Origin: a bacterium BMS3Abin01
Lineage (GTDB): Bacteria; Actinomycetota; Thermoleophilia; BMS3ABIN01
Direction of reading: 5' to 3'
Assembly: GCA_002897715.1 (NCBI GenBank)
Contig: BDUA01000009.1
Location: 9,540 to 73,539, forward strand
Length of the DNA: 64,000 bases
This document shows, one piece after another, positions 54,545 through 62,859 of this stretch. Numbering within the stretch: position 1 is the first letter of the stretch; every line of letters begins with the position of its first letter. Made by a program: the position numbers and the translations under genes. A model generated the notes under the pieces. That model saw only the letters and a list, made by a program, of their open reading frames with translations. It was not told where the DNA came from and searched no databases.

Positions 54545-54660
54545 CAATGCGTTTCTCCTTTCCAAACACGGGAGGCCTGCCGGTTTCCCAACAAACCCTG
54601 TCGGCGTCTTGTCCTAGCCTTTTCCTGCCGACCTTAGACCCAGACGCTCGGAGAATTACT
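54545..54660 (-). promoter_or_regulatory. Moco (moaA-motif) riboswitch candidate
   Basis: The minus strand reads CUCCGAGC (54653-54646)...GCGUCU/AGACGC and GGUUU/AAACC stems...GGCCUCCC...UGGAAAGGAG (to 54555). These match my memory of the conserved Moco-motif blocks. It lies in the leader of a transporter + Moco biosynthesis operon. Confidence 0.65.
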
Positions 54661-54673
54661 ATGTGTTTAAACT

Positions 54674-54702
54674 ACCATAATCCCTTTTACAAAATCTGTC
54701 AA
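54674..54702 (-). promoter_or_regulatory. Candidate sigma70 promoter of the riboswitch-controlled operon
   Basis: Minus strand: TTGACA (54702-54697), a 17 nt spacer, then TATGGT (54679-54674). This is about 20 nt upstream of the CUCCGAG block. Confidence 0.5.
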
Positions 54703-54882
54703 GGGTAAATTGTGCTGAAATGATTATTATATGTGTTATTTTCAGTACAAGTTTGCAAGCAACTGCATTTACCGGCAACCAAGGGTGTTTTCCTTTGTAT
54801 TAAAGGTCCCGTTGCTATATTATCTATTATATGTATTCACCCGCTGGGGACCAGACCCGGCAACGGAAGCCCTGGGGCTTGC

Positions 54883-55827
54883 ATGCATACCGAGCCTGAC
54901 CCTTCACTAAACCGTCATAGTGTCCGCCTGCTGATATCGTTGGCGTTGCTTGTAATGACTTTGTTTCCACTTGCCGGCTGTTCCAGTCAAGAGGATGAAG
55001 CGCCGCCCATTGAAACCGCGACCGTTTCGGACGAAACCATACGTGTCTCCATTGCCGGTATTATAACCCCCAAGGAGACCTACTCCCAGTACTCCGAACT
55101 ACTGGACTATATTTCCAGAAGAACGGGCCACCCCACGGTGCTGGAACAGACCGGAACCTATATGGGGGTGAACGACAGCCTGGCGCGGGAAGAGATTGAC
55201 GTGGCGTTCATGTGCTCCGGCGGCTACGAAGAAGCTTCGCACCACATCGGCATCAAACCGCTGGTGGCGCCGGTCATCAACGGCGAGGCGGTTTATCACG
55301 CCTATATCATCGTCCGCAGCAATAGCGGCATCACCAGCTTCGACCAGTTGCGCGGCCGTCGTTTCGCCTTCACCGATCCCCTGTCTCTCACCGGCACCAT
55401 ATACCCGTCTTCCCGGGCTATCGAGAGCGGTAACAGCCCGGATGAGTTTTTCAGCGATTTTATCTTCACCTACAACCACGACAATTCCATCAAGGCCCTC
55501 CAGGAAAACGTGGTGGACGGCGCCTCCGTCGACAGCATCATCTTTGATTCCCTCAAGGCCAATCATCCTGAAAGCGTCGAAGGGTTGAGCATCATCGAAA
55601 CCTCGAAGCCGTTCGGTTCACCGCCCATCGTCACGCGCCGCGGCATGGCGGAGGAAGAGCGCCGACAACTGTTGGATGTGCTGACCGGCATGGATGAGGA
55701 TCCGTGGGGGAAAGAGATCCTCACGGCCATGGGCATCGACCGCTTCATTGCAGTTGATAATTCTCATTATGATGCCGTCCGGAAGCTGGAGGGTAAACTC
55801 AGCAGCGGTCCCGGCGGCTCGGGATGA
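54883..55827 (+). CDS. PhnD-like (phosphonate-type) periplasmic substrate-binding lipoprotein
   Basis: Lipobox LFPLAGCSS and the YHAYIIVRSNSGITSFDQLRGRRFAFTDPLSLTG pattern of the Phosphonate-bd family. Start chosen at MHTEPD. Confidence 0.8.
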   Translation: MHTEPDPSLNRHSVRLLISLALLVMTLFPLAGCSSQEDEAPPIETATVSDETIRVSIAGIITPKETYSQYSELLDYISRRTGHPTVLEQTGTYMGVNDSLAREEIDVAFMCSGGYEEASHHIGIKPLVAPVINGEAVYHAYIIVRSNSGITSFDQLRGRRFAFTDPLSLTGTIYPSSRAIESGNSPDEFFSDFIFTYNHDNSIKALQENVVDGASVDSIIFDSLKANHPESVEGLSIIETSKPFGSPPIVTRRGMAEEERRQLLDVLTGMDEDPWGKEILTAMGIDRFIAVDNSHYDAVRKLEGKLSSGPGGSG

Positions 55828-55828
55828 T

Positions 55829-57334
55829 ATGAAAGGGTTTCTGGGGAGAATCACTGACATGAGCCTGGGCAGGAAGGTGGCGGGCGTGCTGGCCCTGGCT
55901 ATCATCCTCTCGGGCGTCACCGTTTCGGCCTTCGGCACATATCGCATGCGCAACCTGCTGATTGAGCAGAAGCTCGATTCCTCGCTCCAGATATCACGTT
56001 CCCTGGCGTCATCGGCACTCCCCGATATCCTCAACAACGATTTCGTGGCGTTACAGGACAGCACGGACCAGATCCTGGCTTACGACAGCGAACACGAGAT
56101 CGTCTTTGTCGGTATCTTCGACAGTGAAGGCAAGCCCCTGGTGCGGTCATCGCGTAGCGGCGATAATCTGGCCCCGCCCGAAGGCGAGAATGTCAGACGG
56201 GTAACCGTACCCATCACCTTCAATGACAGGAACTTCGGGCACGTGGATCTCTATTTTTCCCTCGACCGCATCGAGAGTGAGGTACTGGGCACCATAGTTT
56301 CCCTCGGGAGCATCCTGGCATTCGTAGTTATCGTTGCAGCCGTGCTTATGGCGCTCCTGGCCTATTCGGTAGTAGTGAAACCTGTAGTGCGTCTGGGCAG
56401 AAGCGCCCGCGAGATCTCGGAGGGGAACCTGGACCTGGAGATCCCCGTCAACTCCGGCGATGAGATCGGCCGGCTCTCGGAGGATTTCAATATCATGGCT
56501 CGCAACCTCAGGCAGCATCACCAGGAGCTTGCATCCGCATATTCCAAACTGGAAAGGAACTACGAGGCGACCCGCGACGCCTACCGGCGCCTGCAGGAAC
56601 TGGACCAGATGAAGTCCAAGTTCATTACCGTGGTCTCGCACGAGCTGCGCACGCCCCTGGCGTTGATCCGCGGCTACGTGGAGACCATAGAAGCGGGAAC
56701 CATGGGACCGCTGACCGTAAAACAGAAGGATAAACTGGGCATCGTTCTCGACAGTGTGGACCGTCTTGCCGGCATCGTGGACAAGTCGCTCGACTTCTCA
56801 TTGATTGAACAGGGCAAACTGATCACGGAGAGAGAGCCGCTGCAGCTTGCCGATATTCTCAACCAGGTGGCGGATGAGTTCTCCCTTGAGCTGCCGCGCC
56901 GGGGGCTGCGCTTTGAAGAGGACATCCCTTCCCGTCTGCCCCTGGTGAGCGGCGACCGCATCAGATTACATCAGGTCTTCCATAACCTGATCTCCAACGC
57001 CATGGATTTCACGCCGGAAGGCGGTGCGTTGGGGATGAGGGCTCACTGTGATCACGACAGGGAGAACATCCTCGTGGAGGTGTGGGATGCGGGTACCGGG
57101 ATACCGGAAGAAGAACTGGAGAACCTCTTTTCGCCCTTCTATCAGGTTGATAGCCCCGTAACCCGGAAGCGCCCGGGTGTTGGACTGGGGCTGGCCATCG
57201 CCAAGGGTATCACGGAAGAGCACGGCGGCAGCTTGTGGGTTGAGAGCAAGCCGGGACAGGGTACGGTCTTTTCCTTATCCCTGCCGACAATGAACGGAAA
57301 TAACGGCTATCGTAATATTGAGGAGGATGCATGA
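55829..57334 (+). CDS. Sensor histidine kinase (2 TM, periplasmic domain, HAMP, HisKA, HATPase_c)
   Basis: HAMP (VKPVVRLGRSAREISEGNLD...DEIGRLSEDFNIMARNL), H-box SHELRTPL and G-boxes (DAGTGIP, GVGLGLAI). It starts 1 nt after the SBP stop. Confidence 0.9.
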   Translation: MKGFLGRITDMSLGRKVAGVLALAIILSGVTVSAFGTYRMRNLLIEQKLDSSLQISRSLASSALPDILNNDFVALQDSTDQILAYDSEHEIVFVGIFDSEGKPLVRSSRSGDNLAPPEGENVRRVTVPITFNDRNFGHVDLYFSLDRIESEVLGTIVSLGSILAFVVIVAAVLMALLAYSVVVKPVVRLGRSAREISEGNLDLEIPVNSGDEIGRLSEDFNIMARNLRQHHQELASAYSKLERNYEATRDAYRRLQELDQMKSKFITVVSHELRTPLALIRGYVETIEAGTMGPLTVKQKDKLGIVLDSVDRLAGIVDKSLDFSLIEQGKLITEREPLQLADILNQVADEFSLELPRRGLRFEEDIPSRLPLVSGDRIRLHQVFHNLISNAMDFTPEGGALGMRAHCDHDRENILVEVWDAGTGIPEEELENLFSPFYQVDSPVTRKRPGVGLGLAIAKGITEEHGGSLWVESKPGQGTVFSLSLPTMNGNNGYRNIEEDA

Positions 57335-58062
57335 TGGCAAGAAAAGTCCTGGTCGTCGACGACGAGCCGGGAATCTGTGATCTGGTTTGCCTCAACCTGG
57401 AAAGCGAAGGATACGAAGTTACCTGTGCCAACAGCGGGCATGAGGCCATGGAAAAAATAAAAAGGGAACACCCCGACCTGATAGTGCTCGATATCATGAT
57501 GCCCGAGATCGACGGCTGGGAGGTGCTGTCCCACCTCAAGGCCGATCCGGCCACCAGCGGCATCCCGGTGATACTTTTATCCGCCAAAAGCGAAGAGGTA
57601 TCCAAACTGCTCGGCTTCAAGCTGGGAGCGGATGACTACGTTACCAAGCCTTTCAGCGTCAAGGAACTGACGGCCAGGATAGGTATCGCTATCACGCGCG
57701 ACAGGGAAAACCACAAGGCCGCCGCCGGGCCGGAGCAACGCATCGCGGCCTACAGGGATAACGAGCTTTATTTCCTGAACCCTGAGGACATCCTCTTCGC
57801 CGTCGCGGACAGGAATTATACCTATCTCTGCACCGGCGGCGAACGTTTCGTCATCCGTCGCAACCTCAGTGCCGTCGAACAGAAGCTGCCGGAGAACTTC
57901 AACCGGATCCACAAGAGCTATATAGTCAACATCGACCGTATAAGCAAGCTCTTCTCCCCGGCACGTGGCCGATACCTGGTAGAACTCGACGACCCCGATA
58001 GTTCCCGGATTCCCGTAAGCCGCGGCAAGGCGGCGGCACTGCGCCAGCGCTTGAAGCAATAA
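57331..58062 (+). CDS. Response regulator, receiver + LytTR DNA-binding domain
   Basis: KVLVVDDEP...LDIMMPEIDG receiver domain. C-terminal IHKSYIVNIDRI...IPVSRGK LytTR pattern. ATGA overlap with the kinase stop. Confidence 0.9.
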   Translation: MMARKVLVVDDEPGICDLVCLNLESEGYEVTCANSGHEAMEKIKREHPDLIVLDIMMPEIDGWEVLSHLKADPATSGIPVILLSAKSEEVSKLLGFKLGADDYVTKPFSVKELTARIGIAITRDRENHKAAAGPEQRIAAYRDNELYFLNPEDILFAVADRNYTYLCTGGERFVIRRNLSAVEQKLPENFNRIHKSYIVNIDRISKLFSPARGRYLVELDDPDSSRIPVSRGKAAALRQRLKQ

Positions 58063-58446
58063 GCGGGGGCTGTAGCGCCCCTACCCATTTATCCCCCGGC
58101 TTTTCCCCGTCGCGCCCCTGTGCTGACTTAATCCAGCATCCAACAGTGGGGCGCTTTATTACTTACCCGTCCAGCATCTTTCCTAATGATGCAGTAATGT
58201 GTAAATTACGTTACCAATTGTGCCCTCCCTTTCATGTCCTGTTGATTTCAGGGTATTCCCCTATGTACGTATTGTGTATAATACTTTACATTTTGTGAAC
58301 TATTATTAGCTAATGCTCATAATATACTTAGAAAACACCTTTTATACAACAATACACAGCGATGTCCGCACGGTAAGGATGTGAAAAGAGCAAAGCGTTC
58401 GACCACAAGGAGAAGCCGGTTCAGCCAGTAGGCCCTTATAACCTGG

Positions 58447-59391
58447 ATGGGCCGGAACAATACCAAAGGATCAAACCGGGAGGTGAAGGAATTGGATTTC
58501 AAGAAAATCGCAGCAGTTATAGCTATCGCGTCGGCGCTAACACTGGTTGTCGGATTCAGTGCGTTATATGCCTCTTCGGCGCCGCCGGATAACCCGCACT
58601 ACAGCTACACGGAATGTGTATCCTGCCATTCAGATCAGATCGACTACCATAGTGATGCCGCTTCACACGCTTATTCCGAATGCATCAGCTGTCATGGCGA
58701 CAGGACTGACGAGGTCTCGCAATACGATGCCGCGCACAGTCAGTATTTCGATGGTCCCCACAAGCTGCACTTGACCTCAGACTTACTGTCTTTCAACTGC
58801 ACTGAGTGCCATGTCTCCGTGGATATCCGCGAACAGGACGGTGCATCGGTCAGGCGGCAGGTATCGATGGTTTGTGCTGACTGCCACAGCCCCTTCCCCA
58901 GCAAGATGGACTCAAGCTGGGCGTCTGAGGACTGCACCGGTTGTCATAGTGACTGGGAGACAAAACACGCGGGAACACCCTACCTGAACAACAGCAATAT
59001 CAATCCGGGTGATTGTTACGGTTGCCACGGCGGCAGAGCATTCTACTTCTCCGGTGCCGCGGCGCTGACGCTTTCACGAGGCGCAGTCTACTGGGCCAGC
59101 ATGGCTGACTACGAGGCCGCGCTCCTGTCCGTCGATTTCAGCATCACTAACGCGGGTCCGGGTACGGCCAACGATGCAGCCATCACTTATGTGAGCGCCG
59201 GCAACGGCGTCAGTGCCGTCACTGGTCTGCCCCTGGCCCTGGGCTCCATCCCCCAGGATAGCTCATCCGACTTCACGCTGGTGTACAGCGTACCCACAGG
59301 CGCCGGTTCATTCATGACGACCCTGTACGCCCAGGCTATCAATGACGACGGGGAGACCCAGTACTGGCCGTCTCCGCCGCCGGGCAGTTGA
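58447..59391 (+). CDS. Membrane-anchored hexaheme c-type cytochrome with C-terminal beta-sandwich-like domain
   Basis: Six CxxCH motifs (CVSCH, CISCH, CTECH, CADCH, CTGCH, CYGCH) follow one N-terminal TM helix. An alternative TTG start at 58492 lies 6 nt after GGGAGGTG. Confidence 0.85.
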   Translation: MGRNNTKGSNREVKELDFKKIAAVIAIASALTLVVGFSALYASSAPPDNPHYSYTECVSCHSDQIDYHSDAASHAYSECISCHGDRTDEVSQYDAAHSQYFDGPHKLHLTSDLLSFNCTECHVSVDIREQDGASVRRQVSMVCADCHSPFPSKMDSSWASEDCTGCHSDWETKHAGTPYLNNSNINPGDCYGCHGGRAFYFSGAAALTLSRGAVYWASMADYEAALLSVDFSITNAGPGTANDAAITYVSAGNGVSAVTGLPLALGSIPQDSSSDFTLVYSVPTGAGSFMTTLYAQAINDDGETQYWPSPPPGS

Positions 59392-59446
59392 TGACATTGA
59401 CACAGTCGACGGAAGCACGGACGAATCAGCAATCAGGGGGGATGAC

Positions 59447-59608
59447 ATGAACAGGAACAAGCAAAAAAGCACAAGCGGCAACGGGGTGAATGCGCACCTG
59501 GAATATCAGGCGCCCAGGCTGACTCGCTGCGGCAACGTCAGGGAAGTCACCTTCGAGTGTTCCAACTGGCAGTGCAGCGTCACCGTACCGCCGCCGCCAG
59601 AGTCGTAA
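59447..59608 (+). CDS. 53-aa small ORF with lasso-RiPP-type leader motif (YxxPxLx3Gx5Tx) and Cys/Pro-rich C-terminus
   Basis: MNRNKQKSTSGNGVNAHLEYQAPRLTRCGNVREVTFECSNWQCSVTVPPPPES. A G-rich SD precedes the ATG. It is co-oriented between the cytochrome and the oxidoreductase genes. Coding status is unproven. Confidence 0.45.
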   Translation: MNRNKQKSTSGNGVNAHLEYQAPRLTRCGNVREVTFECSNWQCSVTVPPPPES

Positions 59609-59673
59609 GCAAATATCAACCACGGCAGTCGCGATGAGGCCGTGAGACGAAGTATGAGAAAGAGGTGAGCTAA

Positions 59674-62268
59674 ATGACAAAAGAGAAAGGTAAAGCCGGG
59701 GTTCTCGGCATCAATCCGAGCATTTCCCGCCGCTCCTTCATCAAGTGGGGCGGAACGGTAAGCGGCGCGGCCGTTGCCAGTTCCCTGTTACCGGGAGGCC
59801 TGTTAAAACAGGTCTTCGATACCGAGCAGGCCAAAGCAGCAGGCGGCACCTGGACTTATACCGCCTGCAACATGTGTGGCGGCCAGAGCGGTATCAAGGT
59901 GAATGTGGAAGGCGGCACCGTCAAGAAGATCGAGCCCAGCGGATTCAATCCCGCCGGCGTCACCAACATCTGCACCGACAACGCCAACGACCCCTCGGAT
60001 TTCCTCCATACGGACTGGGGCGGCTGCATGTGTCCCAAGGGCAACGCGGGGGTCAAGTCGCTCTATGACCCCGACAGGCTGATGACCCCCATGAAGCGCC
60101 GTGCGACTTCACCGCGAGGCGCGGGAGCCATCTGGGACCCCATCAGTTGGGATGACGCACTCAACGAGGTCAAGAGCAGGCTGGAGGAGATCGCGTCAGC
60201 AACGGGCGGCTATACCGGAGCCCATCAGGTCCTGTGGTTTGGTGAGGATCACTCCTTCACCCATCCTCAGAAGGACTTCTGCAAGATGTACGGCACGCCC
60301 AACTACATGAATCACTCCAACCTCTGCGACACGGGCCGCAAGCGGATCTTCAGCGTGCCCATGGGTGACGAACGTCCCATTCCCGACTACGCGCATGCCA
60401 AGTACGCGCTGGTCTTCGGCTGGAACTTCCTGGCGGCAACCAAGTGGTCGCACCTGCCCCGTATCGCACGGCAGTTCTTCGACAACGGTGGCCGCATGGT
60501 TCTCGTCGATCCCGTCTTCAGCAACACGGCGGCGGCGGCAAGGCGCAACGGTGGTGAGTGGGTACCCATCAAGCCGGGTACGGACGGCGCCCTCGCATTA
60601 GCCATGGCCTACGTGATCATCAACGAGAGCAGGTATGACGCTGCTTTCGTGGGCAGTAATGTGATCGGCTTCTCCGAGTACAGCGACTACGTGAACGGGC
60701 TCGGCAGCGACAGCACCGCCAAGACGCCCGCATGGGCGGAAGCCAAGACCGGCATACCTGCCGCCGATATCGAGCGCCTGGCGCGCGAGGTATCCGACCC
60801 TGGTAACCATCCGGCCATCATCGACTGCTGGTCCGGACCGGGGCAGCATACCAACGCTGTCCAGGGCGGCCGCGCCATCTCGGCACTTATGGCGCTAACC
60901 GGCCAGATTGGTGGTGCCGGCAACATGGTGTTCGCTCACAAGAAAGGCAACAAGCACCGCACTATCGTCAAGTCCCTGTCCTCGCTCTCGAGGCCACGGG
61001 TCGACGGAAAGGGCTACCCTGTTTCACAAAACGGATACCCCTTGGCGCACGGTTCGGGCATCTACGTGCGGGCGCGGGACGTCATGTATGATTCCGACCT
61101 GTCCGCGGCGGCATACTGGGCCAAGTACCCTTACCTGGGCGCCTCGGAAGCCGAGGCGGATGAAAACCGGCCCAAGGCGGCGGTATTCGTCTTCCAGAAC
61201 TGGGTGATGTCTGTGCCCAACACTCAGAAGAACATCGATGCCCTCAACAAGCTGGACTTCATCGTGACCATAGACACACACCTGAGCGAGACCGCCCAGA
61301 TGTCCGACATCATCCTGCCGGGCTCCAACTACCTGGAGCGCTACGACTTCACCGGCAACTGGGTGACTTTCTACAGCACCAGCCTGCGGCAACCGGTGGT
61401 CAACTCCTGGATCGGCAACCCCTACGGTTATGAGGCAGGGACGATCATGGAACTGGGACGCAGGATGGGTCTCAGCGGCGACCCGGGCAGCACACCGCCC
61501 GGTGACTTCAATATGACCTACGAACAGTACCTGGGGCAGGAACTACTGCTTCAATCCACCATCAAGGCCTCCCTCTACCCCTCGGGGGACCCCAGCAACC
61601 TGGCGGATTGTGACGCAGCCCTCAATGCCATGAAGGCGCTGCCCGGTGCCGTGTGGCCTTCGGCGGCCGAGCTTCAGGCTAATGTCGCCACCTGGGGCAC
61701 CCAGTACGGCAACATCAGCAAGCTCAAACGCAAGAGTGACAGCAGACAGATAATAGTACTCAATTCCTACTCGGGCACGGACGACGGTTCCGGTAACGCC
61801 GACGAGATAATCGGCTACCACTCCCTGGAGACCGCCGGTTACGACGCTCTGCCGGTATACGCCGACCCGGTGGACACGCCAGCCAACACGCCTGGGTATC
61901 CGCTCCACCTGGTCAACTGGAAGCAGTCGGAGCATACCCATTCGCGGACGCACAACAACATCTGGCTGATGGAGATGAAGGGAACCAACCCGGTCTACAT
62001 CAACACGGCCACGGCTTCCGGGCTGGGTATAGTCGACGGCGATGCCATCACGGTGGAATCACCATACGCAACCGTCAACGGCACTGCTTTCGTTACCGAA
62101 GGCATCCAGCCCGATACTGTCGGTATGCTGCATGGCTTCGGACACACGGCGCTGGGCACCATCGCTCAGGGTAAGGGCACATCTGACGGAGCGCTTCCTC
62201 CCGGCAAGGCGGAAGCGATATCCGGCCAGGCCTGCCACAAGGAAGTCGCCGTGAAAGTCTACAAGTGA
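59674..62268 (+). CDS. Tat-exported molybdopterin (bis-PGD) oxidoreductase catalytic subunit, paralog of 45344-47869; substrate unknown
   Basis: Twin-arginine signal SRRSFIKWGG and N-terminal cluster region CNMCGGQS...NIC...GGCMCPKG. Also HSNLCDTG and PIKPGTDGALALAM blocks. 864 aa. Confidence 0.9.
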   Translation: MTKEKGKAGVLGINPSISRRSFIKWGGTVSGAAVASSLLPGGLLKQVFDTEQAKAAGGTWTYTACNMCGGQSGIKVNVEGGTVKKIEPSGFNPAGVTNICTDNANDPSDFLHTDWGGCMCPKGNAGVKSLYDPDRLMTPMKRRATSPRGAGAIWDPISWDDALNEVKSRLEEIASATGGYTGAHQVLWFGEDHSFTHPQKDFCKMYGTPNYMNHSNLCDTGRKRIFSVPMGDERPIPDYAHAKYALVFGWNFLAATKWSHLPRIARQFFDNGGRMVLVDPVFSNTAAAARRNGGEWVPIKPGTDGALALAMAYVIINESRYDAAFVGSNVIGFSEYSDYVNGLGSDSTAKTPAWAEAKTGIPAADIERLAREVSDPGNHPAIIDCWSGPGQHTNAVQGGRAISALMALTGQIGGAGNMVFAHKKGNKHRTIVKSLSSLSRPRVDGKGYPVSQNGYPLAHGSGIYVRARDVMYDSDLSAAAYWAKYPYLGASEAEADENRPKAAVFVFQNWVMSVPNTQKNIDALNKLDFIVTIDTHLSETAQMSDIILPGSNYLERYDFTGNWVTFYSTSLRQPVVNSWIGNPYGYEAGTIMELGRRMGLSGDPGSTPPGDFNMTYEQYLGQELLLQSTIKASLYPSGDPSNLADCDAALNAMKALPGAVWPSAAELQANVATWGTQYGNISKLKRKSDSRQIIVLNSYSGTDDGSGNADEIIGYHSLETAGYDALPVYADPVDTPANTPGYPLHLVNWKQSEHTHSRTHNNIWLMEMKGTNPVYINTATASGLGIVDGDAITVESPYATVNGTAFVTEGIQPDTVGMLHGFGHTALGTIAQGKGTSDGALPPGKAEAISGQACHKEVAVKVYK

Positions 62269-62287
62269 GAAAGGACGGTGATAAAGA

Positions 62288-62839
62288 ATGGCCGCAAATC
62301 CAAACCAGCTCGGCTTCGAGTTGAACATGATCAAATGCATCGGCTGCAGGGCCTGCGAGGGCGCCTGTAAGCAGCAGAACAATGTGGAAGCGGGAGCCCG
62401 GTGGCGCCGCGTGACGACCTTCCGTGGAGGGACGTATCCGGATCCGTTCACCAACTTCTTGTCGCTGTCCTGTAACCACTGCGAGAAGCCCGCCTGCGCG
62501 GAGGCTTGTCCGGTGGACGCGATAACCAAGAGGGCGAGTGACGGCATCGTTATCCTGGATAGTAACATCTGCAACGGTTGTAAACGCTGCATGGAGGCCT
62601 GCCCCTATGGCGCTCCCCAGTATAACCCGGTCACCAAGAAGGTAGAGAAGTGCCACATGTGTTACGAACGCATCGACAATGGATTGCCGCCGGCCTGTGT
62701 GGAGACATGTATGGCCAGGGTGCTGAAGCACGGGGTGTTATCGACACTCACAGGCGATAACGGCAAGAGCGTCGCTAATTTCGCCAGCCCCAAGTATACG
62801 CACCCGTCCATCCGCATCACGCCGCCGGACCGGCAATAG
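62288..62839 (+). CDS. 4Fe-4S ferredoxin-type electron-transfer subunit (DmsB/PsrB-like), no signal peptide
   Basis: Four cluster motifs: CIGCRACEGAC, CNHCEKPACAEACP, CNGCKRCMEACP, CHMCYERIDNGLPPACVETC. Confidence 0.9.
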   Translation: MAANPNQLGFELNMIKCIGCRACEGACKQQNNVEAGARWRRVTTFRGGTYPDPFTNFLSLSCNHCEKPACAEACPVDAITKRASDGIVILDSNICNGCKRCMEACPYGAPQYNPVTKKVEKCHMCYERIDNGLPPACVETCMARVLKHGVLSTLTGDNGKSVANFASPKYTHPSIRITPPDRQ

Positions 62840-62859
62840 AGATAAGGAGGAGAATAAAT

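Noticed and set aside
54480-54569. The track's GTG start (54569) for the permease.
   Set aside because: It would place the start codon inside the conserved GGAAAGGAG block of the riboswitch-like element. ATG 54479 gives the family-typical MIWEAI N-terminus with its own GAGGAG. An ATT-initiated extension is noted in the findings but not adopted.
59447-59608. Calling the small ORF a bona fide lasso peptide precursor.
   Set aside because: The leader motif fits. However, the predicted core starts with Glu, has no Asp/Glu acceptor at positions 7-9, and no cyclase, peptidase or RRE genes are in the window. Kept only as lasso-leader-like.
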